Position numbers and translations under genes: made by a program. From the IMG/VR virus record IMGVR_UViG_3300045988_137040: a stretch of DNA of 64,000 nt; one strand, 5' to 3'. The stretch is from a virus. Position 1 is the first letter of the stretch. Each line of letters begins with the position of its first letter. Below the pieces are notes generated by a model. It did not search any database. It saw only the letters and a program-made list of their open reading frames with translations, and was not told the DNA's origin. Below, one piece after another: positions 16,512 to 26,488 of this stretch.

Positions 16512-17060
16512 TTATTTAGAGCTGCTTGAACTGCTGTTGTCAAAAGCGTTTTCGTCAGGCACAACTTCCACATTCTCCAAGAAACCGACTATAGACATAA
16601 TCTCCACATTGATAATATCGACATCATCTTCACTGATATTACCATAGTTGTTACTTGACGGGCCACCAAAAATCATGCGTTTCTTCGTCTTACTCCAGCC
16701 CAACATGCGTTCCATGAGAGCCGTGGCGTTAAGATATTTACCTAACTGGTTGATTGGCTCTATCATGCCTGGATCATAGGTGCGTCCATGCTTATTGGTG
16801 TACATCTTGTCAGTACCAAAGTGCAATAGACAACCACGCAACTCATTGGCAAAAACATGGAGTGCATCATTGAGCTTCTGAATATTCTCAACCGTGAAGT
16901 AGCGAGGATTGCCGTGCCGGTTCGGGCGATGGCAGAAATCAGAGAGAACTGTAGAGGGGGTACTGCCCATCAACTCCGCAATGCGAGACATCTTTATGCC
17001 ATGTTCAAGAATAAACTTGTACAATGTGTCTTGAGACACTTTCATTTTTTCCTTATTCAT
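16512..17060 (-). CDS. hypothetical protein (182 aa), possible N-terminal HTH regulator
   Basis: Stand-alone gene with its own TAcaTTTG box upstream and a strong terminator downstream. The segment MSRIAELMGSTPSTVLSDF is HTH-like, which is weak evidence. Confidence 0.55.
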   Translation of the reverse strand: MNKEKMKVSQDTLYKFILEHGIKMSRIAELMGSTPSTVLSDFCHRPNRHGNPRYFTVENIQKLNDALHVFANELRGCLLHFGTDKMYTNKHGRTYDPGMIEPINQLGKYLNATALMERMLGWSKTKKRMIFGGPSSNNYGNISEDDVDIINVEIMSIVGFLENVEVVPDENAFDNSSSSSSK

Positions 17061-17086
17061 ATTGTTGTAGCTTTATTTTTCATTTG

Positions 17087-17094
17087 CAAATGTA
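17087..17094 (-). promoter_or_regulatory. candidate Bacteroidota -7 box TAcaTTTG
   Basis: Minus-strand TACATTTG about 27 nt upstream of the ATG at 17060. It lies inside the 12-bp palindrome CATTTGCAAATG. Confidence 0.4.
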
Positions 17095-17395
17095 CAACAT
17101 TTTCTTTTCACCTCCAAACAATCTCGCAAATTTTTTTCACTGACCCCCTCATTTTTAACAATTATACAATGTTTTTATTTCACCCTAATTTGTCCTATTA
17201 AAATTTATATATCATCCATTAATTCTTTTACTATAATGTCTATTTTCTGAAAAACATAGTTCTGTTTGCTGGAAATCATAGTTGTGAATCTCCTAAGCCA
17301 CTATTGTGACTTCCCGGGCGCTCCATCGTCGGAATGGTGAAAGAGTGTGAAAGGTATGGGTCAAACTTGTTTTTCAACTCCTAATTCCTCACTTC

Positions 17396-17893
17396 TCACT
17401 GCTCACTCTCCTGCTTTCCCATCACTACCCGACTTCTGAGGTTGCTGTCCTTGGGGTTGTCGAGCTCCACCAGTCCGTCCATGGCGATGAATATTTTCTT
17501 CTTCTTCCCTTTTGACTCAATGGCCTTGCGGACCCGGATGCCGCGCTCGCCGGGGAAGAGGGCGAAGGCCTCATGGGTGGGGTCAAAGTGTGACTCAGCC
17601 ACCTCACGTTTGAGGTTGTTGGCAGGCAGGAACTTCACGATGAGACGTGGCGGCAGCTCCACCATGCGTGTGGTGCCGTCTTTCTCGATACGCTTATAAT
17701 GGCGTGCAGGACGCTGGCGCACGACGAAGGTGCCGAAGCTCTCCACCGTCACGCAGCGGTAGTTGCCCTCGCAGAGCATATACCGCATCTCGTCGAAGAG
17801 GGCAGGGAGCACCACCTGGCAAGTGGCGATGCTGATACCACTGCGTTTAGATACGGCCTGCGCAAGCCTGTATAGGTACTTCTTCGGTTCCAT
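17396..17893 (-). CDS. HU/IHF-family DNA-binding protein with a C-terminal extension
   Basis: ESFGTFVVRQRPARHY...LPPRLIVKFLPANNLKREV matches the HU beta-arm pattern GFGTF.vr.R.aR...P....v.F..g..lk..v. Confidence 0.7.
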   Translation of the reverse strand: MEPKKYLYRLAQAVSKRSGISIATCQVVLPALFDEMRYMLCEGNYRCVTVESFGTFVVRQRPARHYKRIEKDGTTRMVELPPRLIVKFLPANNLKREVAESHFDPTHEAFALFPGERGIRVRKAIESKGKKKKIFIAMDGLVELDNPKDSNLRSRVVMGKQESEQ

Positions 17894-17925
17894 GAGCTAA
17901 TCAAGAAAAAGAGTTGTTGACGATA

Positions 17926-18753
17926 TTAATAATTGCTAATCGTGTGGGACAAATGGCGGTTCAGCTCCACATATAACATGACAGCATAGCTTGCCATGTC
18001 CTTCAACGTGTCCATCAGACTCTCGTCTTTGACTTCCGCCTTGCCATTCTTCACAAGACTCTTCACACGCTCCATCTTATCATTAAGGCGTACAACACCG
18101 GCAGTAACACCGAACTCCTCGAAGCTCTTGTGGAACGCATCACCGTAGTCCTTGTTCTTCTTGGCGTGAAGGTCTCTCATTTCATTGAGAACGGACTCAA
18201 AGGTGTCGGATTCGATACCTTTTGTTTTGCCATGCGAGTACTCTTTCTCTTTGTTGCTTGCCATCTCTTTCAATCCATCAGAGAGCTTGACTTCCTCGTG
18301 GGTCTTTTCATAGCCTTTGCAAAGGTTGTCAATCTTTATATGGGCTGGGGTGATACATACTCCTGCGTCCAAAGATGGCGCTGATCTAAAGACATCCTTA
18401 AAGCCTTTGAAGAACTCATCACGACCGTCAAGAGCCTCCTTGAGGATATTGCTCATGCCTTCCCTGTCAATGCCTTTGCAGTCGTCTTCCTGCACTTCCT
18501 CAAAGGTCTTTCTGAAAGTGGCATCCTTGTAGAACTGAAAGGTTTTGCCATTTCTCACAACCCATCCGAACTTAGGAACGACAACATTAAAATTACGCCC
18601 CTTAAGGTCTGCGTAGGATATATTAAGGTTGCCGGAATGGTCGTCCAGCGTACGATAGGACTTGGTAGTAGGACTGATAAAATTAGAGACTTCTTTCTGG
18701 TTGTCCCCCTTCCACTGGATAGCCTCTACTGGCGTTTTTCTCATGTACTTCAT
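17926..18753 (-). CDS. hypothetical protein (275 aa); C-terminal all-alpha MazG-like/DUF1599-like segment
   Basis: Long ORF. The C-terminal KNKDYGDAF...VVRLNDKMERVKSL...DESLMDTLKDMASYAVM resembles the DUF1599/MazG-like pattern (memory-based). Confidence 0.55.
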   Translation of the reverse strand: MKYMRKTPVEAIQWKGDNQKEVSNFISPTTKSYRTLDDHSGNLNISYADLKGRNFNVVVPKFGWVVRNGKTFQFYKDATFRKTFEEVQEDDCKGIDREGMSNILKEALDGRDEFFKGFKDVFRSAPSLDAGVCITPAHIKIDNLCKGYEKTHEEVKLSDGLKEMASNKEKEYSHGKTKGIESDTFESVLNEMRDLHAKKNKDYGDAFHKSFEEFGVTAGVVRLNDKMERVKSLVKNGKAEVKDESLMDTLKDMASYAVMLYVELNRHLSHTISNY

Positions 18754-18804
18754 AAGCTATTATAATTATTCATGTATGTTGTATTACTCATGTATCTTCT
18801 TTCC

Positions 18805-19074
18805 TTAAACCACCAGTTCGTAATCGTCCGCCCTGATGATGCAGCAGTCACGCAGCCTTCTAGTTTGGCCGCTTTGCGTGAATTGGACGAGCCGTGAGGG
18901 ATAGGCTCCTGGACAATGAGGTGGCACGTCAACGCTAAGGGTGACCACTTCCTCACCACGAATACAGTCTCCGTTGGATGCCGCCACATACCACACCCTC
19001 CAAGGCATGCGCTCGTGGTTGGCGGTGAATCGCTCGGCAACACGCCGCAGTTCTGATAATGCAAGTTGCTTCAT
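18805..19074 (-). CDS. hypothetical protein (89 aa), first gene of the leftward array
   Basis: ORF beginning at the edge of the 0.9-kb control region. An alternative overlapping frame exists at 18750..19064. Confidence 0.4.
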   Translation of the reverse strand: MKQLALSELRRVAERFTANHERMPWRVWYVAASNGDCIRGEEVVTLSVDVPPHCPGAYPSRLVQFTQSGQTRRLRDCCIIRADDYELVV

Positions 19075-19170
19075 GACATGAATTTTACGTCACAAAGATA
19101 AGGCAACACGATAGCGATGGCAAGGGCGTTTAGTACATAATGTACGAATTAGAATGTTGTCAACGAAAAC

Positions 19171-19275
19171 GCCACTACCCCCAAAAGCTACAACAGGAGT
19201 AGTGGCGCGGACGGATATAATCTCGTTTCAACGTCGGTCGAAAACGAGGATAACGATGCAAGTCGTCTTATATCC
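19171..19275. ncRNA. candidate structured RNA (hairpin plus three-way junction)
   Basis: GCCACTAC/GTAGTGGC (19171-19206). GGATATAA/TTATATCC (19213-19275) encloses CTCGTTT/AAACGAG and ACGA/TCGT stems. Strand undetermined. Confidence 0.3.
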
Positions 19276-19938
19276 GATAAAATTAGTGTTACTCAAGTGC
19301 AAAGGTACGAAGATTCACAAAGAACACAAACTTTGTTTCAACTTTAATTGGCCACGCCGATATTTAAGCTTACGGATAAGAGTACATAATATGTTGTTAA
19401 TCAGACGGTTAAATGGCATAAAGTATTTTGCCGTTTAAGTTGGTGGGTTCCGTTTTACTTTTTGTATATTGCTGATTTTCAACGGTTTACAAAAAAATTG
19501 CGCGGTTTTTAGTACATAGAATATATTTATTATTATTTTTTTATTTGAAATTTTAGCTTAAAATATATATTATATTATATAACTAATTGATAATCAACTT
19601 CTTTTCTTATTTTATAATACTATTCCTTTATTGATTGGGGTGCGGGGAATTTTCCGTATATGTACGATAAAAAATAATAGAGAGAGAAAGTTTCGGCAAA
19701 TATGGCATATTTCGCTAAAGTCGTGAGCAGTCGATTCGTAATTGCTTGATTTTCAAATGGTTTGAATGGAGAAAACTCGGTTCCACGGTTTTGGTTTTCT
19801 CCCACAAAGGCAGAGCCGATTTCTCGAAGCACCCCATAACCCACTGATTATCAATGCGTATTAAGCAATAAACGCGTTTAGGTGACAACTTAAAAAGATT
19901 TTAGTCCTTAAACGCACAGTCTTATCAGGTTTTTTGCG

Positions 19939-19946
19939 TATATTTG
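19939..19946 (+). promoter_or_regulatory. candidate -7 box TAtaTTTG
   Basis: 34 nt upstream of the ATG at 19980. Confidence 0.35.
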
Positions 19947-19979
19947 CACCAGACAAACAAAAGGCTACAATAACAACTG

Positions 19980-20558
19980 ATGGGACATATCTGCTGGCTA
20001 CGTATCACGGATTATATGCGAGGATGGGCTCGCATGGCTCTCGGAAACGGAAAGAGCGTGAAAGGCATTCCTGTGCTTGACATTAAGAGTCTTGACGGGA
20101 TGGAACAGGTACGGCTCATGTCTACCGACGATGAGCTGCCTGGAGATGGCGTGCCTGGCAACGTGATGTGTGACACGTGGCACGCGACACTGACGGCAGG
20201 GATAGAGATGGACCCATGGGGCATGGAACAGGAGTTCGGAATCACCAGCGAGGTTCTTGACCAGTACCTGCCGGTGGAGTGCCCAGATTATGCCGTAGGG
20301 CAGGATGGGGCAATACGTCCGTGGGATAACAACACCTGTTTCGGGAAGCAACAGGCCATAGCCATCCTACGGCTCGTCAGAGAGACTTTTTGGGCGTCAG
20401 TGGGCAACTATGCGTCTGAATACCGGAAAGTCCATTTTGGCACCAAATACGCGCAAATAGACATGCTTGAAAGCTTTTGCAAGGATTACCACATAGACGA
20501 CACGTGCATAGAAGCCATGAGGAGAGAATGGCAGAGGAGGAGTAAAAGGGGTGGCTGA
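19980..20558 (+). CDS. hypothetical protein (192 aa)
   Basis: The only convincing plus-strand ORF here. It is preceded by a TATATTTG box at 19939-19946 and is convergent with terL. Confidence 0.55.
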   Translation: MGHICWLRITDYMRGWARMALGNGKSVKGIPVLDIKSLDGMEQVRLMSTDDELPGDGVPGNVMCDTWHATLTAGIEMDPWGMEQEFGITSEVLDQYLPVECPDYAVGQDGAIRPWDNNTCFGKQQAIAILRLVRETFWASVGNYASEYRKVHFGTKYAQIDMLESFCKDYHIDDTCIEAMRREWQRRSKRGG

Positions 20559-20569
20559 CCTCTATTCCC

Positions 20570-22489
20570 TCAGCTTTGCATTACCAGGTTTTTGAATCTC
20601 CCTCTCAGTCTTCCTCCTACTTTCCTTTCTCCCTCGGCTCCCATCTTGACACCGATAACGAGATCGTCGAAGGCATCGGTGATGTCGGTACGTGTACGTG
20701 GGTCACCGGCTACGCCGTCGGCACTCTTGTATTTCTCCAGGCTTTTATCCTTTTGGAAGTTGTTGAGCACGCCTGCGTTGTTGATAGCGGTAAGGAGATA
20801 CTGGCATCGTCCGCTCTCCTTACAGATGTAAACGCTCGGGGAAGTCTGGAAGGAGAAGACATCGCAGAACAATTGCCACTTGCGTTCATGACGCCACACG
20901 CTGAACTCCCCACGTGTGACTTTCCATCCATAGCTCTCCAGCTCCAAAACCATAACGTTGTCAAAGCGACTATCTTCAGAGCCTTCTACAGCGTATGCCG
21001 TAGCTCCACCTTGCTTGATGGTCTGCGTGTAATAGAAGATGACCTCCCCTGCCCCACCAGCCGCGCTGTTTCTTCTACGGAGGTACGGACGGTAGTAATT
21101 CGTAAACTCTCTCACGAGGCCACGCAACCGCACCTCGCCCTGCACGAAAAACTCATTCATGACGAGAAGGCTCGGCTTACCTTGATAGTTGACAGTCTGC
21201 CCTACCACCATGCAGCTCATGTCGTGGCCAGCGTCGATGGCGATACGTAATGGCTCGTCATAGCGCAAATCGAGGTCGCAAGAGCAATCCTCTCCCGCGC
21301 TCTGCATGGCGTCCATGTCAAGTGTCATATATTCAACATCGGTAGGCCACCGTTGCGCGTCGAGGAAACGTCCCTTTGTCTTATGGCTGAACTTGTCGAG
21401 GATAAGATCCGTACAGTCGGCACTCTCATAGGTGTTAAGCTCTTCGCTGAACTGGCAGTAGAAACCATCCGAAGCCTTGCCAGGCGGCTGACCGAGTATC
21501 TGCAGGCGGAACATCAGGTCTGGCAATTCTCGCTTCATGTCGCGCAGCCACGCCTCGCCACCAAGCATGGCGATGTTCTCAATGCTGCTGAACTGCCAAA
21601 AGACTTCAGACTTGGAACGTAAAAGATTGAGTTTGCGCAGGTAGTTGTCGTTACGTGACAAGGCAATGGCGGTCTTCGGGCTATGCTTCTCCAGGTATTT
21701 GAGTTCCGCGAGCATCTCGGCAATCTGTGCGTTGACGTCTTTAGTCTCATAGTCTTTTTCTTTCTCCCACTCGCATTGTTTCTGCGTCAGTCCCGCGTCG
21801 CTGACCCATAACTGACTGCAATAGTAAGGATTGATTTTAGGGTCTGTGCCGTAGCCCCACCGCTTGACTTCTGCCTTGCGTGCCGACAACGGCATGAAAT
21901 CGCCACGCAGGGTAGGCAATACCTCCTCCTTAACCCTTTGCCACGGGAGGTATTTCGTCTCGTCGCCGATAAGGAAAGCGAGGTTCAGACCGTTCGAGCT
22001 TCCCTTGACTGCCATGGAGAGCATCTGCACGACCACGCCATTGCTGAAGTGGACACAGTTTTCCCACACTCTCGGCTTGGCAAGAGGTACGTCCCAATGG
22101 AGCTTGGCGGGTGCCTGGCCAAGAAAATAAAATCCCTCGAAGCCTAACTGGTTGACAACCTTTAGCGCGTTGGGCATGGTACGGGTGTAAAGCTGTTTAG
22201 CGCTCGCCCCAACAAAACCACCCATCTGGCGAGGCATGCCGAGGACGCATTTCATCATGTGGCAACCTATATAAGAGGTCTTGCCAAAACCACGCGCGGC
22301 GCGTACTTTCGTGTTCCTCGCGCCAAAGTTGTAGACGTCAAGCTGGCCACGATGCATGTAGATTTTATGTACGCCGTCGCCGACAATATCCACCTCGCCA
22401 CCGTCTTGCCCCTGCTCCTCCATGCCGGGGAGCATACGAGCTTCAAGCTTGTCACTGCTCCTGCCTACGTTCGTCCCTACTCTCGTCAT
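20570..22489 (-). CDS. terL: terminase large subunit
   Basis: 639 aa. Walker A-like ARGFGKTS, Walker B-like LAFLIGDET, and a C-terminal nuclease-like acidic motif IAIDAGHDMS. The true start may be an internal Met (MLPGMEEQ). Confidence 0.7.
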   Translation of the reverse strand: MTRVGTNVGRSSDKLEARMLPGMEEQGQDGGEVDIVGDGVHKIYMHRGQLDVYNFGARNTKVRAARGFGKTSYIGCHMMKCVLGMPRQMGGFVGASAKQLYTRTMPNALKVVNQLGFEGFYFLGQAPAKLHWDVPLAKPRVWENCVHFSNGVVVQMLSMAVKGSSNGLNLAFLIGDETKYLPWQRVKEEVLPTLRGDFMPLSARKAEVKRWGYGTDPKINPYYCSQLWVSDAGLTQKQCEWEKEKDYETKDVNAQIAEMLAELKYLEKHSPKTAIALSRNDNYLRKLNLLRSKSEVFWQFSSIENIAMLGGEAWLRDMKRELPDLMFRLQILGQPPGKASDGFYCQFSEELNTYESADCTDLILDKFSHKTKGRFLDAQRWPTDVEYMTLDMDAMQSAGEDCSCDLDLRYDEPLRIAIDAGHDMSCMVVGQTVNYQGKPSLLVMNEFFVQGEVRLRGLVREFTNYYRPYLRRRNSAAGGAGEVIFYYTQTIKQGGATAYAVEGSEDSRFDNVMVLELESYGWKVTRGEFSVWRHERKWQLFCDVFSFQTSPSVYICKESGRCQYLLTAINNAGVLNNFQKDKSLEKYKSADGVAGDPRTRTDITDAFDDLVIGVKMGAEGERKVGGRLRGRFKNLVMQS

Positions 22490-23147
22490 CGTTAATCACT
22501 TCACCTGGTTTATCCTTAACCTCGCCGCTACGCGCCTCCATCTTGGCAACTTCATCTTCCACCATCTTGCGCTTGTCGTCCACATAAGCACCATATTTCG
22601 CGGCAATGCGCTTCGTCTCTTCGTCGTCATAGTTCTCCTTTGTCTCGTCCACCTCCTTGATGTTCGTGACGACCACGGACGGGAGAAAAGAAACCTTATT
22701 GATGTCAGTCTTGTTGTCCTCTGGCTTGTCGAGACCCGCCACTTCAAAGAGACGCTTGCCACCCAGGTTGAGGGCGTTCACGTTGTCAGTCTCCATGCCA
22801 ATACGCAACATCTTCTCCGCGGCGACCTGCACTTTGACCTTAGCCTCGTTACGGCTCATCGGGCTTACGGTGTCACGTATAAACTTAAAGAGCAACACGT
22901 CTTTGGTCAAAGCGTGAGTCTCGGACGGCGCGTCGGCATAGGCGTGACTGTTCTTGATAATCTGCCGAAGCAATCCTTTATAGTCTACGGAGAACGGGTT
23001 GCGCAGCCACTGCCAATAAACGTGATCCACTCTCGCCAACCGTCGTTTCTGTTCTGCACGGAGGGAAAGGTCATCGATTGGCACGCCACTTTGGAAATGG
23101 AGCAATGAGCTTTTCATGAGCTCTGCTGATAATGATGATTCGTACAT
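22452..23147 (-). CDS. candidate terminase small subunit (231 aa)
   Basis: Positional evidence only: it lies immediately upstream of and overlapping terL. Trimmed to the ATG at 23145-23147 (MYESSL...). Acidic C-terminus. Confidence 0.4.
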   Translation of the reverse strand: MYESSLSAELMKSSLLHFQSGVPIDDLSLRAEQKRRLARVDHVYWQWLRNPFSVDYKGLLRQIIKNSHAYADAPSETHALTKDVLLFKFIRDTVSPMSRNEAKVKVQVAAEKMLRIGMETDNVNALNLGGKRLFEVAGLDKPEDNKTDINKVSFLPSVVVTNIKEVDETKENYDDEETKRIAAKYGAYVDDKRKMVEDEVAKMEARSGEVKDKPGEVINDDESRDERRQEQ

Positions 23148-23202
23148 GATAATTTGAAATTTTATGATTATTGTTTTGCGGTTTCGCAAACATGTGCTTT
23201 TG

Positions 23203-23254
23203 TGCAACCGCATGGTCGTGCAACCGCACGGTTGCACGACCATGCGGTTATGCA
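23203..23254. promoter_or_regulatory. 52-bp near-perfect palindrome of GCAACCGCA/TGCGGTTGC units
   Basis: TGCAACCGCATGGTCGTGCAACCG-CA-CGGTTGCACGACCATGCGGTTaTGCA, between the stop of 23257..23610 and the start of the terS candidate. Confidence 0.8.
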
Positions 23255-23256
23255 AA

Positions 23257-23610
23257 TTAATCACCTTCTTGCGATGGCTTCAAGGAGAGAGGTTTCGCTT
23301 CTTGCCATCCTGTCTCCTCCACATATCCGTCTTTCTCTTTTAAGTACATGACACGCTGACCATTTAACCAGTGCCACACGAACCCTTGTTCCAGAAGCAT
23401 CCTCTCTGCTTCCGGCCAAGGGTCTCCGATGTCAATGGTGGCTCGCATGCCCATGGCGTCTCGAAGTTGGCCTACATCCATGACCTCTACACCGAGGTTG
23501 AAATTAGGCCACGGCATCCAGCGACTCACAAATGAGAAGACCATCGTCTCTATGTTGCTTTTTGCGGAGTCAATATCCGTCACATACGTTGGTTTCTTGT
23601 CATTACTCAT
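23257..23610 (-). CDS. hypothetical protein (117 aa)
   Basis: ORF flanked on both sides by TGCGGTTGC-type repeat clusters. Confidence 0.5.
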   Translation of the reverse strand: MSNDKKPTYVTDIDSAKSNIETMVFSFVSRWMPWPNFNLGVEVMDVGQLRDAMGMRATIDIGDPWPEAERMLLEQGFVWHWLNGQRVMYLKEKDGYVEETGWQEAKPLSLKPSQEGD

Positions 23611-23632
23611 GATTTTCCCTTTTGATTTTATG

Positions 23633-23697
23633 TTACACGGTTGTGCGGTTACACGACTATGCAGCTATGCGGCTATGCGGTTACACGACTATGCGAC
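23633..23697. promoter_or_regulatory. TGCGGTT(G/A)C-type repeat cluster
   Basis: ACACGGTTGTGCGGTTACACGACTATGC...TATGCGGCTATGCGGTTACACGACTATGCG. Includes a 19-bp direct repeat. Confidence 0.7.
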
Positions 23698-23707
23698 TCG
23701 AATAAGG

Positions 23708-24217
23708 CTAAACGTATAAGCCCTTGTCAACACATAGGTTCAACGGCTCTTCTCTTGTGAACTGTACGAGGACGGCAAACCAGCCGTTTTCCAAAGGTCC
23801 AACGGATTGATAAGAAACGTCGGTATCGTCGAGGGCGATACGCGCGTAGTCGCCGTCCATCTTCCCCTCGTTTATTTCTTTGTCGTGCTTGTCGAGGAGC
23901 CACGCCACGAAGTTGCGGGCATGATGCAACGCCTCTTGCTTTGCCACGGCAGCGTCATTGCCGTCTGCCATCTTGTTTGCTCGGACGAAGAAATAAACCG
24001 GGTAATTGAACTCTGGCCTGCGGATTGAGCCCCTGTCGCTCTCTATGGTGCTCTCCATCACGACACATGGCGACTGCATGTTACTTATGCCTTTGGCCAT
24101 CTCAACCACTCCCTTCCACGAGTCGGTGAACATGAACCGTATGTTCCCATTGTTCGGATTATGCAGCATATACATGTACCGTGAACACCAATGCTCTACT
24201 ATTGAATAGAATGTCAT
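23708..24217 (-). CDS. hypothetical protein (169 aa)
   Basis: ORF flanked by the repeat clusters. No motif recognised. Confidence 0.55.
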   Translation of the reverse strand: MTFYSIVEHWCSRYMYMLHNPNNGNIRFMFTDSWKGVVEMAKGISNMQSPCVVMESTIESDRGSIRRPEFNYPVYFFVRANKMADGNDAAVAKQEALHHARNFVAWLLDKHDKEINEGKMDGDYARIALDDTDVSYQSVGPLENGWFAVLVQFTREEPLNLCVDKGLYV

Positions 24218-24243
24218 GTCTCTTAAAATCTATGTTCTTGATT

Positions 24244-24278
24244 ATGCAACCGCATGGTTGTGCGGTTGGGCGGTTGCT
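24244..24278. promoter_or_regulatory. TGCGGTTGC-type repeat cluster
   Basis: ATGCAACCGCATGGTTGTGCGGTTGGGCGGTTGC, in an intergenic gap. Confidence 0.7.
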
Positions 24279-24285
24279 TGATTTG

Positions 24286-25347
24286 TTACTTGGGGATTCT
24301 GATTTTATAAAACGCCGCAGTCTTTTTCATGCTCTCAGAAAGTTCCACGCCGAGCCCTATCAGTTCTTTAGCGTTCTCTTTCCATTGTTTCTTATGTTCA
24401 GGCGTGCCGGCAGGTCTTGGGTCCCGCAGCCACTTTTGGAGGTATTTAACACGTGCGGCTTTTTCCTCGTCGGTATATATCTTCGATGGCGCGCGTTTCT
24501 TTTTGTGTCTTGTTTGACGTTCACCATCCTGTCCCTTGTCAATACTCGGAGTTCGTGTCTCATCCGCCACCTTGCCGTTCTCGTCAAGGACATGCGCCAT
24601 GCCTAAATCATCCACGACAACACGTCCGGTGCTCGCCACTTTATCCCATTCTTTATCGAGCTCCCTTCTGAGGTCACCAATTCCCTTGTCGAGCGCCACG
24701 GCAGTTTTAGCCCATCGCTCCCTTTCTGTAGCCGTGGCTCCAACGTCATCCATGAGCAACCGCATGTTTCCGCGAGCAGTTCCAAGGTCTTTCATCATCT
24801 GACCATAATTAGCCGCACGCTTCCGCGTCTCCTCTGGTAACAAATGTGCGTATTGGTCAATATGCTTCGGGCGAGGGACAGCCGCCCCAACCTCAGTGAC
24901 GACAGCGTTTATTTTTGCGGTTGTGCTGTCTTGCGGTTGCACGACCGTGCAACTTTGCGGTTGTGCAGCCAACGTGGTATCATGCCCTGGTGTTGGCTTT
25001 ACTCCTGGTCTTTGCAGACATTGTGTGAGGACATCTATAATACGGTGTATGCTGCGCTTGGCAGCCTTGGTATAAATCATGGTGGGTAGCCACGTGTCGA
25101 CAATTCCCGCAAAGGGAGTCATTAGGCGCACGCCCTCGTTGAAGGCGTCTTGGGCGTCGGTAGACCAGCCACCGCACACTTGCTCAACGCTCATTATCCT
25201 CGCCGACGGTTCATTGGCTTTAGGCAAAAGGATATTGGCTTCCTGCTTCAGCCACTCCCCTACCCTCTTAGAGAGGTCTTGCTTTTCGCCTTCCGTCATG
25301 TTGCTCACTCTTCTAAGCCACTCGTTAGACGCTATCCGGTATATCAT
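24286..25347 (-). CDS. hypothetical protein (353 aa)
   Basis: Long ORF with a basic C-terminal region. It contains an in-frame TGCGGTTGC-type cluster at 24916-24968 (AAQPQSCTVVQPQ). Confidence 0.55.
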   Translation of the reverse strand: MIYRIASNEWLRRVSNMTEGEKQDLSKRVGEWLKQEANILLPKANEPSARIMSVEQVCGGWSTDAQDAFNEGVRLMTPFAGIVDTWLPTMIYTKAAKRSIHRIIDVLTQCLQRPGVKPTPGHDTTLAAQPQSCTVVQPQDSTTAKINAVVTEVGAAVPRPKHIDQYAHLLPEETRKRAANYGQMMKDLGTARGNMRLLMDDVGATATERERWAKTAVALDKGIGDLRRELDKEWDKVASTGRVVVDDLGMAHVLDENGKVADETRTPSIDKGQDGERQTRHKKKRAPSKIYTDEEKAARVKYLQKWLRDPRPAGTPEHKKQWKENAKELIGLGVELSESMKKTAAFYKIRIPK

Positions 25348-25448
25348 ATTGATAGTATATAATTGTTTTATGGGCTAAAGATAATACAGACGTGACAAGT
25401 AGGCAAGGGCAAGGGCAAGAGTTCTCATTATTAAAAATGTTTAATATT

Positions 25449-25592
25449 ATGCGGTTTTGCGGTCGCACGGTTGTGCGGTTGCAGAATTTTCAATAACTTT
25501 GCATCGCTACAACAAAACAAGACCGTTCGATTTTGTGGTTACACAGTCGCACAACCGCATAATTGCAGTAACTTGCGGTCGCACATCTGCGC
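25449..25592. promoter_or_regulatory. two TGCGGT(T/C)GCA repeat clusters upstream of parA (candidate centromere or operator)
   Basis: TGCGGTTTTGCGGTCGCACGGTTGTGCGGTTGCA, and then TGTGGTTACACAGTCGCACAACCGCATAATTGCAGTAACTTGCGGTCGCAC. Confidence 0.7.
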
Positions 25593-25621
25593 ATATTCAT
25601 ATTTTATATAAAGCTACATTT

Positions 25622-26488
25622 ATGAGTAAGGTAAAATCTACACATCTCCGGCACATAGTTGCCGTGAGCAACAACAAGGGTGGGGCAGGGAAGACCACCA
25701 CGGTATTGAACCTCGCTGCGGCAATCGCGCGCAAAGGCTACCACGTGCTTGTCATCGACACTGACCCTCAATGCAACCTCTCGCTCTCTGTAGGATGGGA
25801 CACGACAAGAGAGGGCACGCGAACCAAACCTGGCGAGCCGACTATCTTCAATGCGATATGCCTCGGACAGAACATCCCCGTCTATCGCAATGAGACAGGG
25901 TTGTACTATACGCCGTCATCTCCGCGCATGGAAGACGCCGACATCCACTTGAACAGCTCTGAGGTGACAGACCCTGTGCGTGTGTTGAAGATGCTCTTCG
26001 CTGAACCTATAGACGACCACACGGGCGAGGGCTTGAAAGAGTGGGAAAGCAGCTTCGACTTCATCTTCATCGACACACAGCCTGCCATGAGCCGAGTCAC
26101 GGTCAACGTGATATGCGCGGCCACGGGTATCATCATACCAGTTGAACTGGAGCCGTTGGCCGTTGACGGCTATGTCAAGACCATCGGTAAAATCATGAAG
26201 ATTAAAAAGGTGAGCAATCCATCCCTGCAAATCCACGGTATCCTGCTCACCAAGAAAGACCGACGACTGGTAAGCGCACGGAGTTTCGAGGAACAACTGC
26301 GTGAGGAGGGAGACGTTTTCGAGACGACCATCAGCCGCACCAACGATGTGCCCAACTCGCAAGACCGGGACTACGACGAACGGCCCGGTATCTGTCACGA
26401 CATCTTCAGCTACCAAAAAGGCAGAGGACGTGCCAAGGAAGATTTCACCAACCTTGCCGAAGAGTATATCAAGAAGTGGGGAAAGTAA
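25622..26488 (+). CDS. parA: ParA/Soj-family partition ATPase
   Basis: Track ORF trimmed to the ATG at 25622 (MSKVKSTH...). Deviant Walker A VSNNKGGAGKTT, then VLVIDTDPQCNLS and FIFIDTQP. Confidence 0.85.
   Translation: MSKVKSTHLRHIVAVSNNKGGAGKTTTVLNLAAAIARKGYHVLVIDTDPQCNLSLSVGWDTTREGTRTKPGEPTIFNAICLGQNIPVYRNETGLYYTPSSPRMEDADIHLNSSEVTDPVRVLKMLFAEPIDDHTGEGLKEWESSFDFIFIDTQPAMSRVTVNVICAATGIIIPVELEPLAVDGYVKTIGKIMKIKKVSNPSLQIHGILLTKKDRRLVSARSFEEQLREEGDVFETTISRTNDVPNSQDRDYDERPGICHDIFSYQKGRGRAKEDFTNLAEEYIKKWGK

Noticed and set aside
18750-19064. 104-aa alternative frame overlapping 18805..19074
   Set aside because: Only one of the two frames can be coding. This one is Cys/Trp/Thr-rich and overlaps the start of 17926..18753. 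The choice remains uncertain.
19154-19438. 94-aa plus-strand ORF, and 19620..19844 on the minus strand
   Set aside because: They lie in the AT-rich control region, overlap the predicted RNA stems, have an odd basic composition and lack promoter boxes. I treat them as non-coding.
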